DNA of 64,000 nt, taken from assembly GCA_963755995.1 (NCBI GenBank), contig CAVWLQ010000003.1:1156734-1220733 (forward strand). Direction: 5' to 3'. Made by a program: the position numbers and the translations under genes. This DNA comes from an uncultured Chloroflexia bacterium. Lineage in GTDB: Bacteria; Chloroflexota; Limnocylindria; Limnocylindrales; CSP1-4. Shown here one piece after another: positions 19,933 to 29,834 of the stretch (its first letter is position 1; each line of letters starts with the position of its first letter). The notes below the pieces were generated by a model. That model had not been told where the DNA came from and made no database searches. It saw nothing but the letters and a program-made list of their open reading frames with translations.

Positions 19933-21098
19933 GCCCGGGCACCGCGCGCGCGATCCTCGATGGCCGCCGGGTCCGGGAGCGGCTCGCGCGCGGCCGCGGC
20001 GAGGACCAGGTCCGCGACGGCGTCCGCCGCACCCGGCCGGCCGAGCGACCGCGCCGCCGCGGACATCGCGGCGTAGGCGACCGGATCGTCGAGGATGCCT
20101 GCCGCGTCGACCAAGGCGGCCGCGTCGAATGCCTCGTCTGCCACGAGGCGAGCGGCGCCGGCCTCGACGAGGCTGGCCGCGTTGGCCCGCTGGTGCCCGG
20201 CCGCGTGGGGATACGGGACGACGACCGTCGGCAGGCCGAGCGCGGTCACCTCGGCCAGCGTCGAGGCGCCGGCCCGCCCGACGACCAGGTCGGCCGCCAC
20301 GAGGGCCGGCAGCATCTCGTCCCGCAGGAACGGGTACGGCCGGTAGCGCCTCCGGGCGGTCTCGGGGAGTCCCTCGCGGCCGGCCAGCGCCGCGGCGTAG
20401 CCCTCGTCGCCGGTGACGTGGATCACGGTCACGTGCTCGACCAGGCGTGGCAGGGCCTCGGCGACGGCGGCATTGAAGCGGCGGACCGCCTGCGAGCCGC
20501 CGAAGATCAGCATCACCCGCTCGTCCGGGGCGATGTCCATCCGGACGCGGGCGGCGGCGCGGCCGATCGCGTCGACCTCGCGGATCGGCGTGCCGGTCAC
20601 GTAGCACGGCCGGTTCGGGGTCGCCACGCGGATGCTCCGGCAGGTCGCCTCGAACGACACGGCGAGAGCCGTCGCCAGCCGGGCCGTGGCCCGGACGGCC
20701 CGACCGGGGATGACATTGCCGTCCCACATCACGACCGGGATGCCCAACGGCGCGGCGGCCATCAGCACCGGGATCGCGACGTAGCCGCCGGTCGTGAAGA
20801 TCGCGGCCGGTCGCTCGGCGGCGAGGATCGCCGCCGCCTGGGGCACGGAGGCGCCGAGCCGGAGCGGGTCGAGGATGGCGTGGATGTCCGCATCGGTCGT
20901 GCGCAGGGACCGGGCGGCGAGCCGGCGCATGGGGATGCCCGACGCCGGGACGAGAGTCGACTCGAGACCCCGGTGACCGCCCAGCCAGCTGAGCTCGGGG
21001 GTGTCGCGACCCTCAGCCCTGGCGCGGAGCGAATGCGCGACGGCGAGAGCCGGGTAGATGTGTCCGCCCGTCCCGCCGGCCGCGATCAGCAGTCGCAT
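19929..21098 (-). CDS. murG: undecaprenyldiphospho-muramoylpentapeptide beta-N-acetylglucosaminyltransferase
   Basis: MRLLIAAGGTGGHIYPALAVA, GGYVAIP, GRAGASTLAE. Intact 389 aa. Confidence 0.95.
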   Translation of the reverse strand: MRLLIAAGGTGGHIYPALAVAHSLRARAEGRDTPELSWLGGHRGLESTLVPASGIPMRRLAARSLRTTDADIHAILDPLRLGASVPQAAAILAAERPAAIFTTGGYVAIPVLMAAAPLGIPVVMWDGNVIPGRAVRATARLATALAVSFEATCRSIRVATPNRPCYVTGTPIREVDAIGRAAARVRMDIAPDERVMLIFGGSQAVRRFNAAVAEALPRLVEHVTVIHVTGDEGYAAALAGREGLPETARRRYRPYPFLRDEMLPALVAADLVVGRAGASTLAEVTALGLPTVVVPYPHAAGHQRANAASLVEAGAARLVADEAFDAAALVDAAGILDDPVAYAAMSAAARSLGRPGAADAVADLVLAAAAREPLPDPAAIEDRARGARA

Positions 21099-22341
21099 CG
21101 TCGTTCCACGTCCCCTTTTCGACGGTCTCCCGCGAGATCGAGAGCAGGATCCCGACCGCCGCGAAGCTGATGATGAGGGATGAGCCGCCGGCGCTGATGA
21201 ACGGCAACGTGATCCCGGTGATGGGCAGCAGGGCCACCACGACCCCGATGTTGATGAATGCCTGGAGGCACAGCCAGGCCGTGATGCCGGCGGCCAGGAG
21301 CGCCCCGAACGTGTCGGGCGCGGCGAGCGCGACCCGCACGCCCGAATAGGCCAGGAGCAGGAACAGCGTGATGACCACGATCGCCCCGATCATCCCGAAC
21401 TCCTGGCCGACCTCGGCGAAGATGAAGTCGTTGAACGCGTTCGGGACGGACACCCGGCTGTTGCCCAGCCCGGTCCCGAACAAGCCGCCGACGCCGAGCG
21501 CGAGCAGGCCCTGGATCGTGTGGAAGCCCTTGCCCAGCCGGTCAAGCCACGGGTCCTGCCAGACCCTGATCCGGTCGAGCTGGTAGCCCTGGAGGCCGAC
21601 CATGATGGCCGCCAGGCCCGCGCCGCCGACCATCACGGCGAGGTGCGCCAGGTTCGCGCCGGCCAGGAAGAACATCGTGAACACGGTCAGCGTGATGACG
21701 ATCGTCGTGCCCAGGTCCGGTTCCTTGAAGACGAGGGCGATGATCGGTCCGACGATGATCAGGAACGGCACCGTGCCCGCCCAGAAGCCGTGGACCCGCT
21801 TGCCGCGCTTGGCGAACCAGTGCGCCAGATAGATGATCACGGCGAGCTTCGCGAACTCGGCCGGGTGGATCGCGGGCAGCAACGGGAGCTTGAGCCAGCG
21901 GGCAGACCCGCCGATCACGATGTTGAGCTGCGGCACGAAGACCAGCACCAGCAGCACGACCGCCACGATGTAGAGCGGCACCGACGCGAGCCGGAGATAG
22001 CGGTAGTCCACCCGCATCATCACCGCCATCGCGACCAGCCCGAGGATCGCCCACTGGATCTGCGGGCCGACCGTCGCGAACGTATCCGCGTCCTGCGAGA
22101 GGTAGCCCTTGAGCGCGGACGACGAGTAGACCATGAGGATGCCGACGGCGGTCAGGGCGACGACCACGACGAGGATCACGTAGTCCGCCTGGTGGCGCTC
22201 ACGTCGGACCGCCCCCGGCCGGCTCTTGACCGGCGTCCGGTTGGCTGCGCCCCGATCGTCGGCTCGACGCTCGGCGGGGCGTCCGGGTTCGCCGGGGCGG
22301 CGCAGACGTTCGAGGCGCGGGATCGGCGGGTTCAGGTTCAT
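21013..22341 (-). CDS. ftsW: peptidoglycan glycosyltransferase FtsW (SEDS family)
   Basis: C-terminal 442 aa of the 1395-aa chimeric ORF: SARWLKLP..IHPAEFAKL, GKGFHTIQ, GLGNS, NDFIFAEVGQEFG, 10 TM-like segments. ATGA overlap with the murD stop. The tail overlaps murG by 86 nt, so a 3' frameshift is possible. Confidence 0.92.
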   Translation of the reverse strand: MNLNPPIPRLERLRRPGEPGRPAERRADDRGAANRTPVKSRPGAVRRERHQADYVILVVVVALTAVGILMVYSSSALKGYLSQDADTFATVGPQIQWAILGLVAMAVMMRVDYRYLRLASVPLYIVAVVLLVLVFVPQLNIVIGGSARWLKLPLLPAIHPAEFAKLAVIIYLAHWFAKRGKRVHGFWAGTVPFLIIVGPIIALVFKEPDLGTTIVITLTVFTMFFLAGANLAHLAVMVGGAGLAAIMVGLQGYQLDRIRVWQDPWLDRLGKGFHTIQGLLALGVGGLFGTGLGNSRVSVPNAFNDFIFAEVGQEFGMIGAIVVITLFLLLAYSGVRVALAAPDTFGALLAAGITAWLCLQAFINIGVVVALLPITGITLPFISAGGSSLIISFAAVGILLSISRETVEKGTWNDDATADRGRRDGRTHLPGSRRRAFAPRQG

Positions 22342-23901
22342 CGGCCCGACCGCGCCTGGTGCTCCGCGGCCAGCGTGGCGACCACGGCCTTGAATGCGCG
22401 GCCGCGGGCTGCGTAGTCGACGAACATGTCGAAGCTGGCCGCAGCGGGGCTGAGCAGGACCGTCGCGGGTCTGCTTGCGTCGCTCGGTCCGGCCGCGCGC
22501 GCCTCCCGGGCGATGGCGTCCGCCCGCCGGACGGCCGCCTCGAGGTCCGCCGCACGCTCGGTGCGGGCGAGACCGGCCGCGCGGAACGCGGCCTCGAGGT
22601 CCGGGCCGCTCTCGCCGATGAGGACCGCGGCGTAGGCTCGCTCGGCCACCACCGGGGCCAGCGCGGCGACGTCGATGCCCTTGGCCCGGCCGCCGGCGAT
22701 CAGCACGATCGGCGGATCGAACGCCCGGAGGGCCGCCACGACGGCGTCCGGTTGCGTTCCCTGTGAATCGTTGATGAAGCGCACGCCGTCGATGGTCGCG
22801 ACCGCCTCGAGCCGGTGCTCGACGCCGTCGAACGTCGCGGCGGCCGCGCGGATCGCCGCGGGCGCCAGCCCGAACAGGAGCCCGACGGCCACGGCCGCCA
22901 GGGCGTTCGAGACGTTGTGGGCGCCAGGGATCGCCAGCTCGGCGATGGGCAGGATCCGACCGTCCGCGGCGGACGCGGCGCCGGCCAGGCCGCAGCGGCG
23001 CGACCCCGTCGGCCACGATCCAGCCGTCGACCGTGCCCAGCCCCCCGGTCAGCGGCCGATCACGCCGGTACGAGACGGTCCGGACCCCGCCCAGCCCCGC
23101 ATACCCGGCGACGACCGGGTCCTCGGCGTTGATGACCAGCGCCCCGGCCGGGTCGACCAGCTCGGCGAGCCGCCGCTTGACCCGCCGGTAGCCGTCCACG
23201 GACCCGTGCCGGTCGAGGTGATCGGCCGTGACGTTGGTGTACACCGCGACCGTCGTGCCACGCGACAGGGTCGGGAGCTGCAGCTCGGACAGCTCGTCGA
23301 CGACCCGGTGCTCGGGCGTCAGCTCGAAAAGCCGCTCGACGATCGGGGTCCCGATGTTGCCGCCGAGGACGACCGGGTGGCCGGGATCCGACGCGAGGAT
23401 CGCGGCGATGAGCGACGACGTCGTCGTCTTGCCCTTCGTGCCGGTCACGCCGATCGTCGGCGCCGGCGTCAATCGGAGGAACAGGTCCGCCTCGGAGACG
23501 AGCGCGGGTGCCGTGCGGTCCCCGTCGGCGCGCGCCGCGACGAGCGCCTGCAAGGCTGCGCGCAGGCGCGGCTCGGTGGTCGGGAAGTCGGGCGTGATCG
23601 AGGGCGACGTCGCGACGAGCGCCGCCCCCGCCCAGGTCGCGGCGGGATCGACGTCCGGCCCCAGGGCCAGCGCCACGGTCCGGCCGCCCAGTGCCGCGAT
23701 CGCGTCCGCGAGGTCCGCCGCCGGCCGGCCGTCGTAGATCGTCACCCGCGCCCCCGCGTCGGCGAAGAAACGGGCGAGGGCCAGGCCGCTGCGGGCCAGC
23801 CCGAGGACCGTGATCGGCCGGTCGCGCAGGGCACCGGCACGGATGTCATCGAGCCGCAGCCCGTCCAGGTCGATCGTGCCGGGGGTGGTCATGGTCGTCA
23901 C
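22338..23901 (-). CDS. murD: UDP-N-acetylmuramoylalanine--D-glutamate ligase, one frameshift near 22990
   Basis: ITVLGLARSG, P-loop GVTGTKGKTTT, NVTADHLDRHG. Then a frame switch into ORF 22338..22892 (PGAHNVSNALAAVAVGLLFG, HRLE, INDSQGT, GGRAKG). Length 3n+1. Confidence 0.9.
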
Positions 23902-24881
23902 TGGAGCCGGTTCAACGACGCGAGGAAGAGGGTGACGCCGAGCAGCGCCGCGAGGATCCCGACGATCCAGAAGCGGATCGTGATCTTCTCCTCGTCCCAG
24001 CCGCCCAGCTCGAAGTGGTGGTGGATCGGGCTCATCCGGAAGAGCCGGTTGCCGCCGGACAGCTTGAAGTAGCTGACCTGCAGGATCACCGACAGGGTCT
24101 CGATGACGAAGATGATCCCGATCAGCGGCAGGACCAGGATCTGGCCGGTGATGAGCGCGGTGACGGCCAGGGTCGCACCAAGCGACAACGCACCCGAATC
24201 GCCGATGAAGATCTGGGCGGGGTGGACGTTGAACCACAGGAAGCCGAGCAGCGCCCCGATGATCAGCGCGCACAGCAGGGCCAGGTTGGGCTGCGCGAGC
24301 GGGGCGTTGACGAGCGCGATGAGCATGTACGCGACGTACGCGATGGCGAGCGTGCCCCCGGACAGGCCGTCGAGCCCGTCGGTGATGTTCACCCCGTTGG
24401 CGGTGGCGACGATGGCGAACGTCCCGAACAGCACGTAGACCCACGGGTCGATCGAGACCGGGCCGACGAACGGCACCGGGATGGCCGTGATGTTGTACGT
24501 CTGCTGGATCTGCCAGGCCGCCACGAACGCCACGACCGTCAGCCAGATGAGCTTCTGGCGGACCTTGATCCCCTCGCCCGTCCGCGCGTTGAGGTAGTCG
24601 TCGAAGGCACCCAGGGCGCCGACGCCGGCGAGGGCGGCGAGCGGGGCGAAGGTCGAGGCGTCCGGCCCCGGCCGCAGGAAGAAGTAGATGCCGATGACCA
24701 CGCCGACGATCAGGAGGCCGCCCATGGTGGGCGTTCCCTCCTTGATGTAGTGGCTCTCCGGCCCCTCCTGGCGGATGCGCTTGCCGAAGCCCAGCGCGTG
24801 GAGCACCCGGATGTACGGCGACATCAGGATGACCATGAGGGCGAAGGCGAGCAGCAGCCCCTGGATGAGCTCGACGGTCAT
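23898..24881 (-). CDS. mraY: phospho-N-acetylmuramoyl-pentapeptide transferase
   Basis: KEGTPTMGG, NGVNITDGLDGL, FIGDSGALSLG, PIHHHFE. Intact 327 aa. Confidence 0.97.
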   Translation of the reverse strand: MTVELIQGLLLAFALMVILMSPYIRVLHALGFGKRIRQEGPESHYIKEGTPTMGGLLIVGVVIGIYFFLRPGPDASTFAPLAALAGVGALGAFDDYLNARTGEGIKVRQKLIWLTVVAFVAAWQIQQTYNITAIPVPFVGPVSIDPWVYVLFGTFAIVATANGVNITDGLDGLSGGTLAIAYVAYMLIALVNAPLAQPNLALLCALIIGALLGFLWFNVHPAQIFIGDSGALSLGATLAVTALITGQILVLPLIGIIFVIETLSVILQVSYFKLSGGNRLFRMSPIHHHFELGGWDEEKITIRFWIVGILAALLGVTLFLASLNRLQ

Positions 24882-26347
24882 CGGGGCGCGCGCTCGCCGA
24901 GCTCGCGACGGAGACCATCGACGACGCGCTCGAGCGCGATCCCGCGCGAGGCCTTGACCAGCACGACGTCGCCGTCGCGGAGACGCGGCACGAGGGCGTC
25001 GAGCGCCGTCTCCGCGTCGGGCACCCGGACGATGTCGCGCTCGGCGAGACCGGCCGCGGCGGCGCCCTCCGCGATCGCGCGGGCGCCGGAGCCGACGACC
25101 ACGAGCCAGTCGACCGTGCGGGCGGCGGCCTCGCCGACGACCCGGTGGCCCTCGTCGCTCGCCTCGCCCAGCTCCAGCATCTCGCCGAGGACGGCGCCAC
25201 GCCGGCCGGGCAGCCCGGCCAGCAGGTCCAGCGCGGCCACGACGGAGCGGGGCGAGGCGTTGTACGTATCGTCGACGACCGTCACGCCACCCAGACGAAC
25301 GACCTGGACCCGATGCGGCGCGGACCAGCCACCCGCGAGGCCGGTCGCGATCTCGTCGAGCGACAGCCCGGCGGCGCGGCCGGCAGCCGCCCCGGCGAGC
25401 GCGTTGTGGACCGACAGCCGGCCGAGGGTCGGGATCGAGATGGGTCGGCGCACGCCATCTGCGCGGAGGGTGAACTGCATCCCGTCGAGGCCGGCCGAGA
25501 CGACACCCTCGGCACCCACGTCGGCGTCGTCGGCGAACCCGTAGCTCATGCTTCGCGCGGCCGACCGCCGGCCCATCCGCCGCACGATCGGGTCGTCCGC
25601 GTTGAGGATCGCCGTGCCGTCCGGCGGCAGCGCCTCGAGCAGCTCGCCCTTGGCCGCCTCGATCGCCTCGAGCGAGCCGATCCGGGCGAGGTGGACCGGC
25701 TGGACCGCGGTGACCACGCCGATCCGCGGCTGGGCGATCCGGGCCAGGTCGGCGATCTCGCCGCCGACGTACATGCCCATCTCGAGGACCGCCGCCTCGT
25801 GCTCCGGCCCCAGCCGGAGGACGGTCAGCGGCAGGCCGACCTCGTTGTTCTGGTTGCCCTCGTTGCGCAGCGTCCGGAAGCGGCTCGCCAGGACGGCCGC
25901 GATCGCCTCCTTGGTCGAGGTCTTGGCGATGCTCCCCGTCACGCCGACGACCAGCGGGCTGAACCGGCGCCGCCAGCCCGCCGCCACCGCACCGAGCGCG
26001 GCCACCGCGTCGGCGACGCGCACGACCGTGATGTCGCCGAGGGCGGCCGGGTCGGCGACGGGCCGGGTCACGATGACGGCCGCCGCGCCGCGCTGGATCG
26101 CGTCGGCCACGAAGGCGTGCCCGTCGACGTTCTCGCCGGGCAGCGCCACGAACAGCTCGCCCGGCTCGACCAGGCGCGAATCGACCGCGGCACCCCGGAT
26201 CGGGTGGTCGGAGCGGGCCAGGAGCCGGCCGCCGGTCAGGCGGGCCAGGTCGTCGGCGGTGAGGACCGGCGCCGGGACCCCGCCCTGCGCCCCGGTCGAC
26301 GGGTCGACGTCGGTCACGGTCGGCAGTGTCGCACAGGCCGCCGTCAC
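24878..26347 (-). CDS. murF: UDP-N-acetylmuramoyl-tripeptide--D-alanyl-D-alanine ligase
   Basis: DSRLVEPGELFVAL.GENVDGH, GVTGSIAKTSTKE, DDTYNASP, MLELG. Intact 489 aa. Confidence 0.93.
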   Translation of the reverse strand: MTAACATLPTVTDVDPSTGAQGGVPAPVLTADDLARLTGGRLLARSDHPIRGAAVDSRLVEPGELFVALPGENVDGHAFVADAIQRGAAAVIVTRPVADPAALGDITVVRVADAVAALGAVAAGWRRRFSPLVVGVTGSIAKTSTKEAIAAVLASRFRTLRNEGNQNNEVGLPLTVLRLGPEHEAAVLEMGMYVGGEIADLARIAQPRIGVVTAVQPVHLARIGSLEAIEAAKGELLEALPPDGTAILNADDPIVRRMGRRSAARSMSYGFADDADVGAEGVVSAGLDGMQFTLRADGVRRPISIPTLGRLSVHNALAGAAAGRAAGLSLDEIATGLAGGWSAPHRVQVVRLGGVTVVDDTYNASPRSVVAALDLLAGLPGRRGAVLGEMLELGEASDEGHRVVGEAAARTVDWLVVVGSGARAIAEGAAAAGLAERDIVRVPDAETALDALVPRLRDGDVVLVKASRGIALERVVDGLRRELGERAPR

Positions 26348-28199
26348 CGGGCCGCGGTCGGCGTCGGGCTGGCCGCCGGGGTCCCGGCCGCGGCTCGTTC
26401 GCTCAGCAGGTCAGGGGTGGTGATCGCGTCCGTCGCGACGCGGCGGAACAGCTCGAACGACATGACCGGCATCTCGAGGCGTCCGACCTTGACGACCGTC
26501 GGCGTGCCCTCCTCGATCTGGATGGCGACGACGAGATCAGGACGGCCCTTCTCGCGCCCGATCCAGCCGACGAACGAATAGTTGAAGAGGTTGTTCTTCC
26601 ACGCGCCGCGACCCTTGTTCGCCTTCGGGTCCCAGATCTGGGCAGTGCCGGTCTTGCCGCCCACGTCGTAGCCCGGCACGAGGGTCCGGTCCCGGTAGAA
26701 CGGCACCTCGGTGATGACGTGCTGCATCAGGTGGATCATCGTCGGCGACAGGCTCGGATCGATGACGTCCTCCCCGCGGGGCGCCGCGACGACCGCGCGA
26801 TCCCCGACCGACTGGACGACATGCGGCTGGACGAGCGTCCCGCCGTTGACCAGCGAGGCGTACGCCATCGCCAGCTGGATCGGGGTGACCGCCACGCCCT
26901 GGCCGAACGAGCCATTGGCGAGGTCGATCTGGCGCCACGCCTTGAGCCCCGGGTCGCGGACGAGGCCCGGCACCTCGCCGGCGAGATCGATGCCGGTCTT
27001 CGCCCCGTAGCCCAGCCGCATCCACATGTCATAGAGGATCGCGGACGATTCCCGCGTGCTCGTCCCCAGGCCGAGCGCGACCTTGGCCGCGACGACGTTG
27101 CGCGAATAGGCGATGCCGTCCTCGAACGTCATCCAGCCCATGCCCTTGCGGTCCGCGTCGTCGATCTTGGTCTTGCCGTTGTCCAGGTGGAGCGTCCCGA
27201 CGTCCTTGATCTTGGTCGTCGGGGTGACCGTGCCCTTCGTCAGGGCCGCTGCCGCGGTCATCATCTTGAACACGGAGCCCGGCTCGTAGACGCTGGCCAC
27301 GACCGGATCGATGAAGCGCGACGGGTCGCTGGCCGCGATCGCCTTGTAGTCGTTGCCGTCGTACGACGGATAGGTGGCCTCGGCGTAGATCTCGCCGGTG
27401 TAGGGGTCCATGACCACGGCCGATGCGCGCTTCGCCTTGTCGGCCACCCAGGCCGCCAGCAGCTCCTGCTCGACCCGGAGCTGGAGGCCGGCGTCGATGG
27501 TCAGCGTCAGGTCCGCGCCGGGTTCGCCCTGCTCGGCCACGGTCGCCGCGTCCATCCGCGCCTGCCCGCTCGCGTCGCGGTCGGCGACCAGGACCCGGGG
27601 CTGGCCGGCGAGCGTGCGACTGGTAGGCCTGCTCGACGCCGTACTGGCCCCCGCCCTCCCGATTGACGAAGCCGAGGAGGTGGGCGGCGAGGCTCGAGCC
27701 CGGCCCGCCCCCGACCTGCGGATAGACCCGCTCCGGCTCCGGCTCGAGCGACAGGGCCGATGCGCTCTTGTTCGCGATGGCCTCCCGGATCTGGTCGGCG
27801 ACGACGCGGTCCAGGCCGTGGCGCAGGATGACGTACTTGGCGCTGCCGCTGAGGGTGTCGCGCAGGGTCGATCGCCTCCGCCGGGTCGAGGCCGAGGATC
27901 CCGGTCAGCGTCGCGACGGTCGATTTGCGCTGCTCGGGCGTCAGCTGTGACGGCGCCGCGACGAGCCGCTCGCGCTGGACGGTCGTGGCCAGGACGACCG
28001 TGCCGGTCCGGTCGAAGATGTCGCCGCGCTTGCTGGGGACGTCGAGCGTGACGGTCGTCTGAGCCAGGGCCTGCGAGGCCAGGCGGTCACGGTCGAGGAC
28101 CTGCCAGTAGGCCAGCCGGGCGATGAGGGCGAACGTCGTGACGCAGAAGACGCCGAGCAGGAACAGGAGCCGGCGGCGCGAATCGGTTCGGCCCAGCAT
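26344..28199 (-). CDS. ftsI: class B penicillin-binding protein (FtsI-type transpeptidase), two frameshifts (about 27870 and 27619)
   Basis: N-terminal TM plus dimerisation region in ORF 27507..28199. The middle part reads in a third frame (TLRDTLSGSAKYVILRHGLD...LLGFVNREGGGQYGVEQAYQ). Transpeptidase domain in ORF 26344..27555 with SVFK (SxxK), YSRN and KTGT. Length 3n+2. Confidence 0.9.
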
Positions 28200-28214
28200 C
28201 GGTCGCCCGATCGC

Positions 28215-28595
28215 CTATCGGGGCGTCAGGACGAGCGGCTCGGACAGCTGCCCAAGACCGGCGTCGATGGCCTGCTTGCGGATGGCGGGCTCGCGACCAA
28301 GCCGGTTCAGGTCGGACCGAAGCTCGGCTGCGCGATCGTCGAGCCGCTGTCGATCCAGCTCCAGCCGGCCGATGTCCATCCCCGTGGCGGACACGCGGAC
28401 CTGCTGGGCGAGCGAGAAGAACGCGAGCATGAACGCGACCGAGATGGCCCCGAGGACGATGCCCAGGCGATTGGTCCGACGACCCGCCCGCACGGCGCCA
28501 CGGACCCGGCGCCGTTCGAGCGTCGGTCGCTCGGTGGCACGCGGCCGGCGCGGCAGGGCGATCGTGCGGGGGCGGGCGCCCTCGTAGACGGCCAT
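28215..28595 (-). CDS. ftsL: FtsL-like septum formation protein (single TM plus coiled coil)
   Basis: 126 aa from the ATG at 28595. Basic N-terminus, TM LGIVLGAISVAFMLAFFSL, then GRLELDRQRLDDRAAELRSDLNRL. Canonical position between rsmH and ftsI. Confidence 0.65.
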   Translation of the reverse strand: MAVYEGARPRTIALPRRPRATERPTLERRRVRGAVRAGRRTNRLGIVLGAISVAFMLAFFSLAQQVRVSATGMDIGRLELDRQRLDDRAAELRSDLNRLGREPAIRKQAIDAGLGQLSEPLVLTPR

Positions 28596-28597
28596 CG

Positions 28598-28795
28598 TCA
28601 GTCGCCGAGCGCGAAGCGGATGCGCGGGCTGCGCGGATCGAGGAACCCGAGCGGATCGGCCTGGGCGGCCGTGCCCCACTCGTTGAGCTCGAACTCGAAG
28701 CCCTCCGTGTGCTGGCCGCGATCGTTCCGTTCGCGGACCTCGTGCTGGCGGCGACCGTAGGTCTTGCGACGGCTGGCCTGGTGGCGCTTGCTCAT
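28598..28795 (-). CDS. 65-aa highly charged hypothetical protein between rsmH and ftsL
   Basis: GGAGGAG RBS 6-7 nt before the ATG at 28795. Almost every codon ends in G/C. MSKRHQASRRKTYGRRQHEVRERNDRGQHTEGFEFELNEWGTAAQADPLGFLDPRSPRIRFALGD. The stop is 2 nt before the ftsL ATG. Confidence 0.6.
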   Translation of the reverse strand: MSKRHQASRRKTYGRRQHEVRERNDRGQHTEGFEFELNEWGTAAQADPLGFLDPRSPRIRFALGD

Positions 28796-28824
28796 GCGGG
28801 GACTCCTCCTTCCGATCCGGGGAC

Positions 28825-29823
28825 TCAGGCGGCGAGACGCTCGGCGGCCCGCAGGCGGGCGCTCCGAGCTCGGGGGTTGGCGGCGATCTCCGCCTCGGTC
28901 GGCGTCAGCGACGGGCTGGTCACCAGCCGCAGCCGGGGGTTCCGGCCACACACGCAGACCGGCAGCTCGGGCGGGCAGACGCAGCCGCGACGCTCCGCCT
29001 GGAAGAACCGCTTGACGATCCGGTCCTCGAGCGAGTGATAGCTCAGGACCACGAGCCGGCCGCCGGGACGGAGGAGGTCGAGGGCGGCGGCCAGGCCGGC
29101 CTGGAGCGCCTCCAGCTCTTCGTTGACCGCGATCCGCAGCGCCTGGAACGTCCGGGTCGCGGGATGGGTCCGGCGCCGGACACGCGGGTTGGGCGGGAGC
29201 ACCCGCTCGATGAGCGTCGCCAGCTCCTCGGCCGTCGTGATCGGCGCGACACGCCGGGCGTCGACGATCGCCCGGGCGATGCGCGGCGCCTTGGGCTCCT
29301 CGCCGTAGCGTCGGAAGAGCGCGGTCAGCTCCGCGGTGTCGAGCGATGCCAGCAGCTCCGACGCCGGGACGCCCCGGCTCGGGTCGAAGCGCATGTCGAG
29401 CGGGCCGCCGGCCCGGAAGCCGAAGCCGCGGTCGCGGTCCGCCAGCTGGAAGCTGGAGAGGCCGAGATCGAAGAGGCAGCCATCGACGTGAGCGAAGCCC
29501 GCCTCCGGCGCGACCGTCGCCAGGTCGCGGAAGTTCGCCTGGCGGAGCACGAGCCGGTCCCCGTACAACGGCCGGAGTCGCGCCTCGACCCGGGCGATGG
29601 CCGCCGGGTCGGCGTCGAGGCCGAGGACGCGGCCGTCAGGGTTGGCGGCCTCCAGGACCCGCTCGGTGTGCCCACCGCCGCCCAGGGTGGTGTCGATGTG
29701 AAGGCTGCCGGGGGCAGGGGCGAGCATCGCAAGGACCTCCTCCACCAGCACCGGCAGGTGCCCTTCGTACATCTCTCCTCCATCCCGGACGAATCGGATC
29801 CCGAGCGGATCCTGGAAGCGCAT
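28825..29823 (-). CDS. rsmH: 16S rRNA (cytosine1402-N4)-methyltransferase
   Basis: HLPVLVEEV, GGGGHTERVL, DLGLSSFQLAD, SYHSLEDRIVK. The start is either M at 29823 or M at 29772. ORF 28825..29907 over-extends into mraZ. Confidence 0.93.
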   Translation of the reverse strand: MRFQDPLGIRFVRDGGEMYEGHLPVLVEEVLAMLAPAPGSLHIDTTLGGGGHTERVLEAANPDGRVLGLDADPAAIARVEARLRPLYGDRLVLRQANFRDLATVAPEAGFAHVDGCLFDLGLSSFQLADRDRGFGFRAGGPLDMRFDPSRGVPASELLASLDTAELTALFRRYGEEPKAPRIARAIVDARRVAPITTAEELATLIERVLPPNPRVRRRTHPATRTFQALRIAVNEELEALQAGLAAALDLLRPGGRLVVLSYHSLEDRIVKRFFQAERRGCVCPPELPVCVCGRNPRLRLVTSPSLTPTEAEIAANPRARSARLRAAERLAA

Positions 29824-29834
29824 ATGGTCGGGAG

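Noticed and set aside
21013-21098. 86-nt overlap of the ftsW tail with murG as a programmed overlap
   Set aside because: It cannot be distinguished from one more 3' indel. A third frame gives a stop 11 nt into murG, so I did not count it as a feature.
21013-25200. 1395-aa ORF that would be a giant fusion protein
   Set aside because: Only its last 442 aa (FtsW) and the murD N-terminal part read as real protein. The remainder is Arg/Pro/Gly-rich wrong-frame translation across mraY and murD. mraY is intact in another frame, and murD is split by one frameshift.
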